A stretch of DNA of 63,436 nt, counting the filler, from Octopus bimaculoides (taxonomy: Eukaryota): the NCBI RefSeq assembly GCF_001194135.2. It is 8 parts of 7 records of this genome, joined end to end, with 100 filler letters (N's around TTAATTAATTAA, not from the genome) between each part and the next. Parts side by side here need not be neighbours in the genome. Positions count along the whole stretch, not along the records: positions 21,573 to 34,945 come from NC_068987.1; positions 35,046 to 55,638 come from NC_068981.1; 6 more parts are not named here. The stretch is one strand, 5' to 3'. Each line of letters opens with the position of its first letter. Within the stretch, counting starts at the first letter, position 1. Under the pieces are notes generated by a model, which was not told where the DNA came from, ran no database searches, and saw nothing but the letters and a program-made list of their open reading frames with translations. Positions 25,201 to 37,053 of the stretch are shown here, piece by piece. The translations under genes and the position numbers were made by a program.

Positions 25201-25490
25201 CCCATTACCTCCCATAATTCTATTAACTGGAATTTTTTGATGAAACTTTGATTTCTAGCATAAAACAGCCTTAGAAACACACTGGAATGATCAAAATAAC
25301 ATTTCAAAATAACATTTGAAATAGAAATAAGCGAGATATTGGGTGAAAAATTAGCAAACCTCATTTGAATATCAGAGAAATATACCTAGTAGATATAGCA
25401 AAAAGGTTAGATATGTGTAAATATTGACAGATAATTACGAAATTTGTAATTTTTAAGTGATCTCGTATGAGATCACTGGTAGGTCATGGG
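25201..25490. mobile_element. piggyBac-like MITE
   Basis: TTAA|cccattacctcc ... gtaggtcatggg|TTAA: CCC/GGG termini, short TIRs, TTAA duplication. Confidence 0.7.
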
Positions 25491-26131
25491 TTAATATCCT
25501 CCTTCCATGCTGGCATGGATTGGACAGTTTGACAGGAGCTGGCCAGGTGGGAGCCTGCACCATGCCTCAGTGCCTGGTTTTTATGGGTGGATGCCCTTCC
25601 TAACACCAACCGCTCCATAGAGTGGGTTGAGTGCTTTTTACATGGCACTCACACAGGTGAGGTCAGTTTTGGCATGGTTTTTACAGCTGGATACTTTTCC
25701 AAATGTCAGCCATTTTAGAATGTGAACTGGGTGCTTTTTAAGTAGCATCTGCACTGGCAGAGTGACCAAGTGACTTTGCAAGACAAAGAACCTTTAAAAG
25801 GGGGTGCAATTGTGTATAATATTGGTGCAGGGGTGGCCTTGTGGTTAAGAAGCTTGCTTTGTAAACATGTAGTTTTGGATTCAGTCCCACTGCACAGCAC
25901 CTTCTACTATAGTTCCAGACTAACAAAAGCCTTGTGAGTGGATTTGGTAGATGGAACACAGAAACGCCATTCTGTTCTACTTACTTCTGGGAGCCAATCA
26001 TTCATCACCATATGACTTCCAGTGGGCAGTGGCACCATTATACCATCATTACTATTAACCATTACTGTAGTGATCATTATCATCATCATCATCATTATAT
26101 CATATCTCTGTATAATTCTCTTTGATTCCAG

Positions 26132-26192
26132 GAAGTGGTCAGGTTTTTTGAAACAAAACATAAAGACCATTACAAGATCTACAACTTGTGTA
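26132..26192 (+). CDS. TPTE: VSP/TPTE exon (EVVRFFETKHKDHYKIYNLC)
   Basis: Acceptor ctctttgattccag, donor a|gtaagt. 61 nt, phases consistent; PTEN-family KH..HYKIYNLC motif. Confidence 0.95.
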
Positions 26193-26314
26193 GTAAGTAA
26201 ACCAGAAAATTTAATATGTCACTTTTCAGAATGTAAAATACTCACTATACCTTCATGTTCATGCTGGCTTCTATTGAATAATAATAATAGTAATAATAAT
26301 AATAATAATAATAA

Positions 26315-26800
26315 TGAGAAAATGAGAAAGCAACCATACCCTGGGATATGCCAATACACACAGATAGAAAAATTAAGGCCAATAGGCTGGATACAGTTGT
26401 CAGAGATCACCAAGAAAAAGAAAAATGCTTTCTAATTGATGTATCAGTACCAACAGATGACAATGTTTCTCTAAAAGAAATGGAGAAACTTTCAAAATAC
26501 AAAGACCTGGAAATAAAGGTAACTCAAATGTGGAGTCTAAAAACAGAAACAATTCCTATCATAGTAGGCGCATTAGGTATGATAAAAAGCATTCAGACAA
26601 ATACATAACAAAAACACCAGGACTTACAAGTATATACAACATACAGAAAATAGCACTACTAGGTACTGCACACATCCTACGTAAAACACTTTCAATACAG
26701 TAAAAATAAGGCATCACAACAAACCACAGCACATACCCAAGGCACACAGAGCTGCACTCAGTAGTGTAGTGAAAGCAAGTGATAAAAGTAAGACTACTGA
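26315..26800 (+). mobile_element. R4/Dong-like non-LTR element, restriction-like endonuclease end, in a (TAA)n tract
   Basis: WDMPIHTDRKIKANRLD...CFLIDVSVP...EKLSKYKDL...IPIIVGALG resembles the PD-(D/E)xK REL domain. (TAA)n on both sides. Confidence 0.8.
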
Positions 26801-27215
26801 ATAGTAATGATTATAATAATCCTTTTTACTATAGCACAAGGCCTGAAATTGTGGGGACAAGTTGATTACATTGACCCCAGTGCTCGACTGGTACTTATTT
26901 CATTAACCCTGAAAGCATAAAAGGCAAAACTGACCTCAGTAGAGTTAGAACTCAGAACTTGAAACCAGAAGAAATACTATTTTGCATTTTGTCTGATGCT
27001 GTAATGATTCTGCCAGCTCACTGCCTTAATAACATTTTCTGTAATAGGCACAAGGCCTGAAATTTTGGGGGAAGGGGCAAGTTGATGACATTGACCCCAG
27101 GAAAAGCTGAAAGGAGAAATCAACCTTGGCGGAAATTTGAACTCAGAATGTAAAAACAAATGAAATGCTACTAAGCATTTTGTCTGGTGTGCTAAGAATT
27201 CTGCCAGCTCACCAC

Positions 27216-27247
<32 letters not shown>

Positions 27248-28651
27248 CCTTTCTACTATAGACAAGAGGCCTGAAATTTTGGGGGAAGGGACCAGTCGAT
27301 GACATCAACCCCAGTGTGTAACTGGTACTTAATTTATTGACCCCGAAAGGATGAAAGGCAAAATCGACCCTGGCAGCATTTGAGCTCAGAATGTGTTGAC
27401 AGACTAAATACCGCTAAGCATTTTACCCAGCGTACTAACGATTCTACCAGCTTACTGACTTAATAATAATAATAATAATAATAATGACAATAATAATAGT
27501 TTCAAATTTTGGCACAAGACCAGCAAACTATCTTCTGTATTATACTGATACTCTTCACCAACCCTTTTTTTTTTTACTGCCAGTCATCTCTTCCTCTTAT
27601 GGGGTACCCCACTAATGCTGGTGCCATTATTAAATGCACTCTGTGCACTTTATAAAGTGGTTGGCAAATGAATAAAAGTAACAAGGATTTAAAAAGACCT
27701 TTTGATCTATTCAAGAGCATGACAACCTCACTGGTGTTGGTGCTTTGATGAAATATGCCCAGTACATTTGGTAAAGTGGTTGATGATATGAAGGACATCT
27801 AGCTATAGAAACCAAGCCAAAAACTGAAACATAGAGGCAAGCAACATGTGTCGAAGGGCAATAACTCTGGATAAGATCTGACTCAGACCATAACAACCAG
27901 TGCAACCCATGCCAGAGATGGTACCGTTTTGTTACAGCTGGTATGGATGTAGTAAATATGAATTAGCACAGAATAAAATGCAGAGTGACATGTTTTGTCA
28001 GATACATGGCCACATGTTTTGTCAGACACATAGCTACATGTTTTGTATGTGCACTAGTTTCATTTATTTTACAAAAGATTTTTTTTTCTTCACAACCAGT
28101 GTCATAATGCAACATGTCATACAATATAGGTGATTTAAAAAAAAAATAATATACAAAAATTTTTGCTTTGTATTTTCCTATGTCACATTGTGAATGTTGT
28201 AAAAGCCAGTCATTTTAAAAACTGCTTTGGTGCAATACTCTTTATAAATAGAAGTCAAGTATTCTAACATACGAGTGAAGGTTCATGGCTTAGTGGTTAG
28301 GGCATTCAACTCACAATTGTAAGGTTGTGAGTTTGATTCCTAGTGACGCACTGTGTCCTTGAGCAAGACACTTTATTTCACTTTGCTCCAGTTCATTCTC
28401 CTGGCAAAAACAAGTAGTACCTTGTCACATTCTGTATCATGCTGGATTTCCCTGAGAACTATGTTAAAGGCACATGTGTCTGTGGAGTGCTCTATCACCT
28501 GTACACTAATTTCACAAGCCGGCTGTTTTGTTGATCGGGTCAATTGGAACACTCATTGTCATAACCAATGGAGTGCCAGTTTGAGTTTGATTCTAATATA
28601 TGTTAATCCTCCCCAGATCTTACATTTCCTATTCGTTCAACTAATTTTCAG

Positions 28652-28733
28652 GTGAACGTGATTATGATGAAAGTCTCTTCCATAACAGAGTTGAACGAAT
28701 ATGCATCGATGACCACAATGTGCCATCACTGAA
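28652..28733 (+). CDS. TPTE: VSP/TPTE exon (SERDYDESLFHNRVERICIDDHNVPSL), WPD-equivalent loop
   Basis: Acceptor ctaattttcag, donor aa|gtaagt. 82 nt; contains the IDDHNVP motif. Confidence 0.95.
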
Positions 28734-29080
28734 GTAAGTTTATGTTTCTTTGCTGTGTTACATCTTCTAATAGAATTTGCATAAGGGTGAGCCAACGAGG
28801 GAGCCTCTATGTGGTCACATGACTAGCTAGACATAGCAGCCGAATTTCCATTAATCTTTTTGTGACCATATTTCTATTAAAATAAGCTACTTTTGCTTCA
28901 ATTAATTTTGAAAATGATAAAGAATTTAGTAAAATAACTTTACAAGATTGAAACATAGCTGACCTCACGCACTTCTCATGAGGAATTCCGGAAGGAGCAT
29001 TGTGAGACCACTACTGAGACACTTCCGAAAAAAAGAAAAGCCATTAGGCAGTTTATAGCAGAGACGCCATCTAAGAATAT

Positions 29081-29109
29081 CTGAAGAAGGAATTGCATTC
29101 CGAAATATC
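29081..29109 (+). ncRNA. Minimal hammerhead-like core
   Basis: CTGAAGA-A-GGAAT(tgc)ATTCC-GAAAT-ATC: canonical core, 5-bp stem II, palindromic AUAU stem III. Stem I is only 2 bp. Confidence 0.4.
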
Positions 29110-29825
29110 ATCGGACTATAGATAACTAAATTACAACAGGTATATAGTCCATTTTTTGTATTATAGTGCATTGGCGTACCATTCAAAACTTTTTATTCTT
29201 TACGAACAATACACAATGCTTCAAGTGAACTACAATACTCTCGTAACTTTGTTATTATTCTGGTGTGTAGAACTTAAATTAACATGAAATTTTGATGGAA
29301 GGTTTTAATCTAGATCACTTTAAAATAAGAAATTTCTGTTATAGAACCAGAGGTGGTCTCAGATGAGTTGGTATCAAAAGCATTAAGTTGCATGATACCA
29401 TCTTATGAAGAGAAGGATACATTATCATCATCATCATTGTCATCATTATCATTTAACATCCTTTTTTTCCATGCTGCCATGGGCTGGACGTTTTGTGGTG
29501 CATTATATTCTTGAATCAAGCCCTTCATTTCACGTTTTTTGTACACTCAACAGAAAAATTAGTCCTGAAATTGAGGGCTTACCTAGTGATAGATTGGCAT
29601 CCCTTCCAGAGAGGGAGAGGTCTTGAAGGGAAAATTTAGCGACTGCTTGATCTTCTATTTCTGTTGCAGACAGGCCAGTTGCACCATTAGCCCCGATTTA
29701 ATGATTATAAATAACAAATAATCCTTAATTGGGAAATATTAGGGACAAAGAGAGGAAAAAAAATATGCACCTTTATTTCGGTTTGTAATTGCTTTTCAAA
29801 TATTTTCATTTTTTATTTTTGGCAG

Positions 29826-29976
29826 GAAAATGGTCGATTTTTGTTCTGATGTACGAGAATGGATGGCAGCAGACAAGAATAATATCATTGCTGTTCACTG
29901 TAAAGGTGGTAAAGGACGTACAGGAACAATCATTTGTGTGTGGCTTATAGACTGCGGACTGTTTAATGAAGCAAAG
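29826..29976 (+). CDS. TPTE: VSP/TPTE exon containing catalytic P-loop HCKGGKGRTG
   Basis: Acceptor ttttatttttggcag, donor aag|gttagt. Translates KKMVDFCSDVREWMAADKNNIIAVHCKGGKGRTGTIICVWLIDCGLFNEAK. GG (not AG as in PTEN) is the VSP/TPTE signature. Confidence 0.97.
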
Positions 29977-30727
29977 GTTAGTGTGTTGTATGTAGACTGA
30001 GTTCAGGGAAAGAGGCAGTATGGTTTTAATCTATACGTCCTTTGGCGAATGTTTGCTGGAAAATCGTAGATGGGGGAAGGAATTGAGGTGTCTGGCTTGA
30101 ATGCTTGAAACAGAACAAACTCCGTTAAATCATCCAGGAACTTTTAGGCCTATTATACAAGGGAAAGAACTGAGTTAGATCTGAATGCTTAAGACAAGTC
30201 TGTTACACACCAAAGCAAAATAATATTAACTAGAACGCGTTAAGCCCACAATTTCAAGGGAGAGAACTGGATTTGGATCTGATAGTTTGCAAACAGTGAC
30301 TTCGGCTGAAGACATCCAGGGACCTGTGATGAATTGTTATGTAGCGGTAGGCTTACAAGGGAGATAACTGCATCTTGCCTAAATGTTAGCCGCAGAGAAC
30401 TCCACTCAAGGCATCGTAGGGCACCAGGAGGTGATGTTAAACCGAACAGCATGTTAGACTTATCATCCACTCCGTCCAAAATAAGTTGGAATGACACCAG
30501 CACTGAGAGGATGTCCTACTAGAAAGGAGAAAGAATTTGATCTCAAACACAGTGCATCTCATAACAAGGCTTAGGTTCACCAGAGTAAGGACAGGTTTGA
30601 TAGACCATCTAATACACTGATACTTTAGATGACAGAGACCCAAATTCTGACGTTCTTATTTGATATTTCTATATTTTATAGAAATAGCAAAATAATGATA
30701 ATAATAATAATAATAATAATAATAATG

Positions 30728-31205
30728 TCTTGGTATAAAAAGGTGGACTACAGCAAATATTCTGCTTAATACCACAGATTTGCTTGTCAGTTGTTTGACC
30801 TTAACCAGTTGAGCATGTCCCTTGGTGGTTGACCATATGTGCATCTCTCATCACGAATAGAAGTAGTGGGGGAGCATCATAGCCATGTGTTGAGAGGAAT
30901 TCTTTGGGGTTTGAATAATTCACCTTTGGAAACATGGGTGTTTTGCTCAACATCCTTAAACAAACCTTATTCAGGGTCCTTTTGAGCGGGATGGGCTACC
31001 CGATCGGAAGAAAATTCTAACTGGGCCCCACCTGCGAGGTCATGCGCTGTTTATCTTGATATGAGATCACCATGTCGTGCACATATGGTTGTGATGCATG
31101 TGCCTGGTGTACCCTTATCAGACGGGTAGTCATGATGGGTATAATAGGCTTCGTATATATTTTACCCCAGTGTCACTTTGATGGCATACTCTGCTCTCTC
31201 ACTCA
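30728..31205 (+). mobile_element. Unclassified ~480-bp interspersed repeat (family D; copies ~41150-41680 on +, ~62352-62670 on -)
   Basis: Three homologous copies. The 3' end gctctctcactc is followed by (AAT)n, and this copy has (TAA)n on both sides. Confidence 0.75.
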
Positions 31206-32155
31206 ATAATAATAATAATATTGCAGTAGGCGTACAAAAGCGATGTTGTGAATAAACAAACATTTAAATCAGTCCAAATGTTTAGAACATGTTTAAGCTT
31301 AAACACGTCTCAGTTTTAATTTGAAATAGACTTGATTGTACTTTCTGAAATAGTATGAAACAACCACTTAGTAAATGTAAAAATGTGACTAGTTAGTTTT
31401 GTAGAAGATCACACAGTTACTATTATTCTTTAAGCCTGGTACTTATTCTATCAGTCTCTTTTGCCAGTCTGTTAAGTTACAGGGATGTAAACATCAACAC
31501 TTGTTGTCAAGCGGTGGTGGGGGACGGACAGACAGACAGACATGCATGCATGCATATATTCAATAGGCTTCTTTCAGTTTCCATCTACCAAATCCACTTG
31601 CAAGGCTTTGGTCAGCCCGTGGTTATAGTAAAAGACACTTGCCAAGGTACCATGCAGTGGGACTGAACCTGGGAAGCAAGCTTTTTACCACACAGCTATG
31701 CCTGTTTGATTTTCCTCTTGTGGTTAGGATGTTGCATTCACAATCTTATGTTCTTGACTAGGTGATGTATTGAGTTCATGAGCAAAACACTTCAGTTTCA
31801 CATTACCCCAGTCTGCTCAACTGTAAATGAGTTCCAACAATAGCTGGGAAATAAACCATGCAATCGACCAGCATCCCATTCAGTGTGGGAGTGTTGTACT
31901 CTTGGTCTTTTATATGCCATGCAAACCAGGTTAAACTCTCTCATTATGAGTTTTAGGGCTCATGAAGGGCCCTATGTTTAAGTCCTGATAACTTCTCTGT
32001 ACAATACCTTCTCAACTTCACATTGATCTGGTTTGATATTTCAGTGCTATATATTTCTTTCCTGTGTGATATTTTCATTGTTTGATATTTTTTTCTGCCA
32101 GACATCCTCTCATTTCAGTATCTTTTCTAAATAACATTTTTCTGATACTTCACAG

Positions 32156-32236
32156 GATGTTCTGGAATATTTTGGAGACAGACGCACAGATTTTAGTGTT
32201 GGTAAAATGTTTCAAGGTGTACAAACTCCAAGTCAG
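32156..32236 (+). CDS. TPTE: VSP/TPTE exon (DVLEYFGDRRTDFSVGKMFQGVQTPSQ), gating/TI loop
   Basis: Acceptor ctgatacttcacag, donor cag|gtttgt. 81 nt, phase 0-0; RRTD...FQGVxTPSQ motif. Confidence 0.95.
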
Positions 32237-33222
32237 GTTTGTATATTTATTGATGTATTCACACACACACAGACACACACACACACACACACACAACTTC
32301 CATTCTCTGGTTCTCTCTCTCTCCCTCTCTCCATACACCATCACATTTTGCTTGTTATTGCTACACATATATACATATATTTATACATATTTACCAACTT
32401 TTATACACACATATATACACTTACTGCACAATATTCACAATCATCTTCTTCTTTGGCTGCTCTTTCTATGGCTGGATGCCCTTCCTAACACCAACCACTC
32501 CAAGAGTGTAATGGGTGCCTTTATGTGACAGCGGCACAGGTGCCAGTTGCATGACACAAGTATCTGTCATGACTACGATTTCACTTGGCTTGATTGATAT
32601 TCCTTCTCAAGCACAGCATATTGCCAAAGGTCTTGGCCATTTGTCATTACCTCTGTGAGGCTCAGCGCTCAAAAGGTGCTTTTTACGTGCCACTGGTATG
32701 GGTGCTGGTTTCATGACACCAGCATTGACCACATTGCCTCCATGAGGCCCAATACTCAAAAGGTATATGTACATATTTATACAAGCCTATATAAATAGAG
32801 GGAGAGAGAGGTAGACGTATACACACACACATATGTATGCTTTTGGACGTATGCAACATGTGTCCCATAATGAAAACAGCTTACCCCTCTATCTCAAGAA
32901 ACAAAGAGATAAGATACATCACCTATAATAATCCTTAATAAAAGAATGGAAGGTCACAGCTTGATTTATTTTATCATAGTTTTGTTCAATGAAAGCTTCT
33001 TTTCCTCTCTGCAAGTCCATTTAACTTTTAGGTAAATTTTGCTGAATACATTATCTCTGCATTTTCATTATATGTTGCAAAGTCAGCAGAAGAACATGAT
33101 TCTTATTAGAGGGCATTTCAATAGGTGTTCCATAGTTTGTGGGGTCTGTGGTGGTTGTCATTTGAACTAGATGTAACTGGTTATTTATGATATCTTTTTT
33201 TGTGGATTGTATAATATATAAG

Positions 33223-33509
33223 CAATTGCAGCGTGGAAGATGTTTGTAAGCCATTTAAGAACACACACAAAAAAAAATGTTAGATTCACTTCAGCATTTA
33301 AATTTAATTTGTGTCAAGACATTTTCATCTCTTTGAAACTGCAACCTGTTCATTGACAAAACTTCGTGAGATGCAGCACAAAATTTCGTCAGTGAACAGG
33401 TCGTGGTTTCAAAGCGACGAAAATATATTGACACAAATGAAATTTAAAGTAGAACTAACGGTTTTTTGTGTTCTTAAATGGCTTACAAACATCTTCCATG
33501 TTGCAATTG
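33223..33509. repeat. ~290-bp near-palindrome (hairpin MITE-like)
   Basis: caattgcagcgtggaagatgtttgtaagccatttaagaacac... / ...gtgttcttaaatggcttacaaacatcttccatgttgcaattg; complementarity continues to a short central loop near 33360. Confidence 0.8.
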
Positions 33510-34395
33510 TTTTTATTTCAGCACATAATCTCAGATCAAGTCATTTGCTATGCAAGTACATCTCCATTATATATATATATGATTTTATTTAAATATCATA
33601 AATAAATAAGTAGCTTAATTGTTATGTATAATTATAAGATTTTGAGTATAGATATATAAATTATATACTTGTTTGTTTAGTTAATGGTATAGTTGTTTTA
33701 TAAATATAATGTTGTTTTCATTGTATTAATAAATTAAATATTAGTATGTATTATCATATTTGTTTGATTTAATTGTTATTGTTAAAATAAAACTTTAATA
33801 ATAATATGTTTAAATGCATGTTAATTTTAAATAATAAATATTTACTATTGATTTGCTGTATATTATTTTAGATAATTGAGTACATATTGGCCAAATAAGT
33901 GTTCCATAGTCACACACGAGAAGAGGGTTGTTTGGAGAGCTGTGTTCCTTATAGTTGTGTGTCACTCTGACTGATCTGGGGCCAAACAGCAATAATGATC
34001 ACAAATACCCTCATTGGAAATCCCCATACCTATGTAAATAGTTATGTATGTACGTACAAACACACATACATGCACACACAAACACATATACACCTATTAA
34101 TGTCGTTTATCCCTTATTGAGCTGACCTATGATTAAAATGCATTCTAGCCACCATCATCTGGTCTTTTTTCCGGACATAGTCTATCTAGGAATACATTAT
34201 CAAATATGTTCCCTCTTTTTAAGATGGTAGGGAGTGATTTGAGGTTGATTGGTTGTTATTTCTTCCATATTGAGTGAGCTTTTAAGAGCTCCTTTGGGTA
34301 CACATTTTTATATATGCCATGCTACTTTCCCTCACATCTACTCTAGTGTTATCTCTCTCTCTCTCTCATGAAACTATTCTCTGTCCCTATTACAG

Positions 34396-34501
34396 AGCCG
34401 GTATGTCGGTTACTTTGAAAAAATGAAGCAAGATTACAATGGAAAATTGCCTGAGAAAAAAGAATTGAATCTGATCTCAATAAAAATCACCGCAATTAAA
34501 G
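34396..34501 (+). CDS. TPTE: VSP/TPTE exon (SRYVGYFEKMKQDYNGKLPEKKELNLISIKITAIK), end of phosphatase domain and start of C2
   Basis: Acceptor ctgtccctattacag, donor g|gtatgt. The RYVGYF motif follows PSQ in frame. The seven exons sum to 713 nt with no stop. Confidence 0.93.
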
Positions 34502-34511
34502 GTATGTGCTG

Positions 34512-34945
34512 TAGTGCAATAGGAGTTTGACCCTGCCCCTCTGGCAAATCTTCGACATGTCATGTAACGTTATGCATTGTGTCTGCCCCTCTGGCGAATC
34601 CCCAACACGTCATGTAACGTTATAGATTGGGTCTGCCCCTCTGGCGAATCCCTGACATGTCATCAAAAATATATGAATTTTCATGGGGGTTATGACCGTT
34701 ATGCATAGAATATAATTTCCAAATTTCATAAAGATCCATTCAGTACTTTTGACGTAGTTTTGGATAAGAAAACAAATGACTAATGTGTGTGTTTGTGTGC
34801 ATGTGTATGTGTGTGTGTGATGGGTGTATATATGTATAGATATCTGTATGCATGTATATATATATATGGATATATGTGTACATATTACATGTACATCTAT
34901 ATATATACATCTACACATATGTATACATATACATGTATGCATATA
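34512..34945 (-). mobile_element. Helitron/HINE-like fragment related to part of the 9636-12055 element, with three ~50-bp tandem units
   Basis: 34660-34800 is the near-identical reverse complement of 10555-10695; ctgcccctctggcgaatc occurs three times. Confidence 0.65.
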
Positions 34946-35045
34946 NNNNNNNNNNNNNNNNNNNNNNNNNNNNNNNNNNNNNNNNNNNNTTAATTAATTA
35001 ANNNNNNNNNNNNNNNNNNNNNNNNNNNNNNNNNNNNNNNNNNNN
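34946..35045. other. Assembly gap placeholder N44-TTAATTAATTAA-N44 (also 7328, 14252, 16289, 21473, 55639, 60013)
   Basis: Identical 100-bp structure occurs seven times; the 12-mer has stops in all six frames. Confidence 0.95.
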
Positions 35046-35934
35046 AGGACTTATTCTTTGTAAGCCTAGTACTTATTCTATCGGTCTGTTTTGCCAAACC
35101 GCTAGGTTACGGGGACGTAAACACACCAGCATCGGTTGTCAAGCGATGTTGGGGGGACAAACACAGACACACAAACATACACATATATATATATACATAT
35201 ATACGACGGGCTTCTTTCAGTTTTCTGTCTACCAAATCCACTCACAAGGCTTTGTTCGGCCCGAGGCTATAGTAGAAGACACTTGCCCAAGGTGCCATGC
35301 AGTGGGACTGAACCCGGAACCATGTGGTTGGTAAGCAAGCTACTTACCACACAGCCACTCCTACACCTATATGTACATTATTATTAATTTAATGTATAAA
35401 TTGCCTATAAATTTTTATAGCATGCTATTTGATGAAAATTATTAACGTGATTTTATCTTTATATTCTATATTCTCCACTTTTCCATGCTAACAAGGATCA
35501 AACAGATCTAGTACAGCCAGATGCTCTTCCTGTCACTAACCCTCAACTGTTTCCAACTAAGGTAATGCTTCACCATGCCTAGACAAGAATACATGGAAGA
35601 TTAGAACTAAAAGAATGCCTCTTGCATGACAGTGACACTCGCTTACAGCTATTGCCTGATGTCTCCTGAGGTAAAGAGAGACTGAAAGAAACACATACAG
35701 ATACACACACATATATTCTTTTATTCAGTCATTTGACTGCAGCCATGCTGGAGCACTGCCTTTAGTTGAACAAATCGACCTCAGGACTTATTCTTTGTAA
35801 TTCTAGTACTTATTATAAAGGTCTCTAAAGGCCAAACCGCTAAGTTACAGAGACGTACTCACATCAACATCGGTTGTCAAGCGATGATGGGAGGACAAAC
35901 ACAGACACAAATATATACATACACACACACATAC

Positions 35935-35965
<31 letters not shown>

Positions 35966-36219
35966 TATGGCAAGTAAAAAACACCTTTTTGAGCGTGGCT
36001 GCTGCCAGTACCATGTCACTGACCCTCATGCCGGTGGCACGTAAAAGCACCCACTACACTCTCGGGGTGGTTGGCGTTAGGAAGGGCATCCAGCTGTAGA
36101 AACTTTGCCAGATCAGATTGAGCCTGGTGCAGCCTTCTGGTTCACCAGTCCTCAGTCAAATCGTCCAACCCATGCTAGCATGGAAAGCGGATGTTAAACG
36201 ATGATGATGATGATGATGA

Positions 36220-36254
<35 letters not shown>

Positions 36255-36788
36255 AGAAAGTTGGTATGTGAAAGCACGTGGTTGGATGTATAAAAGATAA
36301 TAAGAGTGAAAAAACTACAGAAGGCTTGTGTTACATGNNNNNNNNNNNNNNNNNNNNNNNNNNNNNNNNNNNNNNNNNNNNNNNNNNNNNNNNNNNNNNN
36401 NNNNNNNNNNNNNNNNNNNNNNNNNNNNNNNNNNNNNNNNNNNNNNNNNNNNNNNNNNNNNNNNNNNNNNNNNNNNNNNNNNNNNNNNNNNNNNNNNNNN
36501 NNNNNNNNNNNNNNNNNNNNNNNNNNNNNNNNNNNNNNNNNNNNNNNNNNNNNNNNNNNNNNNNNNNNNNNNNNNNNNNNNNNNNNNNNNNNNNNNNNNN
36601 NNNNNNNNNNNNNNNNNNNNNNNNNNNNNNNNNNNNNNNNNNNNNNNNNNNNNNNNNNNNNNNNNNNNNNNNNNNNNNNNNNNNNNNNNNNNNNNNNNNN
36701 NNNNNNNNNNNNNNNNNNNNNNNNNNNNNNNNNNNNNNNNNNNNNNNNNNNNNNNNNNNNNNNNNNNNNNNNNNNNNNNNNNNNNNNN

Positions 36789-36823
<35 letters not shown>

Positions 36824-37022
36824 TATATATATACAAAGGACTTCTTTCAGTTTCCATCTTCCAAATCCACTCACAAGGCCTGAGGCTATAGTAGAAGACA
36901 CTTACCCAAGGTGCCATACAGTGGGACCAAACCCAGAATCAAGTATTTGGGAAGCGAGCTTCTTACCACACAGCCACCCTTGTACCTATATGTACAAATA
37001 CACTCAAACATACACATAAGTT

Positions 37023-37053
<31 letters not shown>

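Noticed and set aside
30240-30650. Several short overlapping ORFs in non-repetitive-looking intron sequence
   Set aside because: No motifs or consistent splice signals; probably an old unclassified repeat.
22044-34501. Calling the phosphatase PTEN
   Set aside because: The upstream S4 helix in the same frame and HCKGGK (PTEN has HCKAGK) identify VSP/TPTE.
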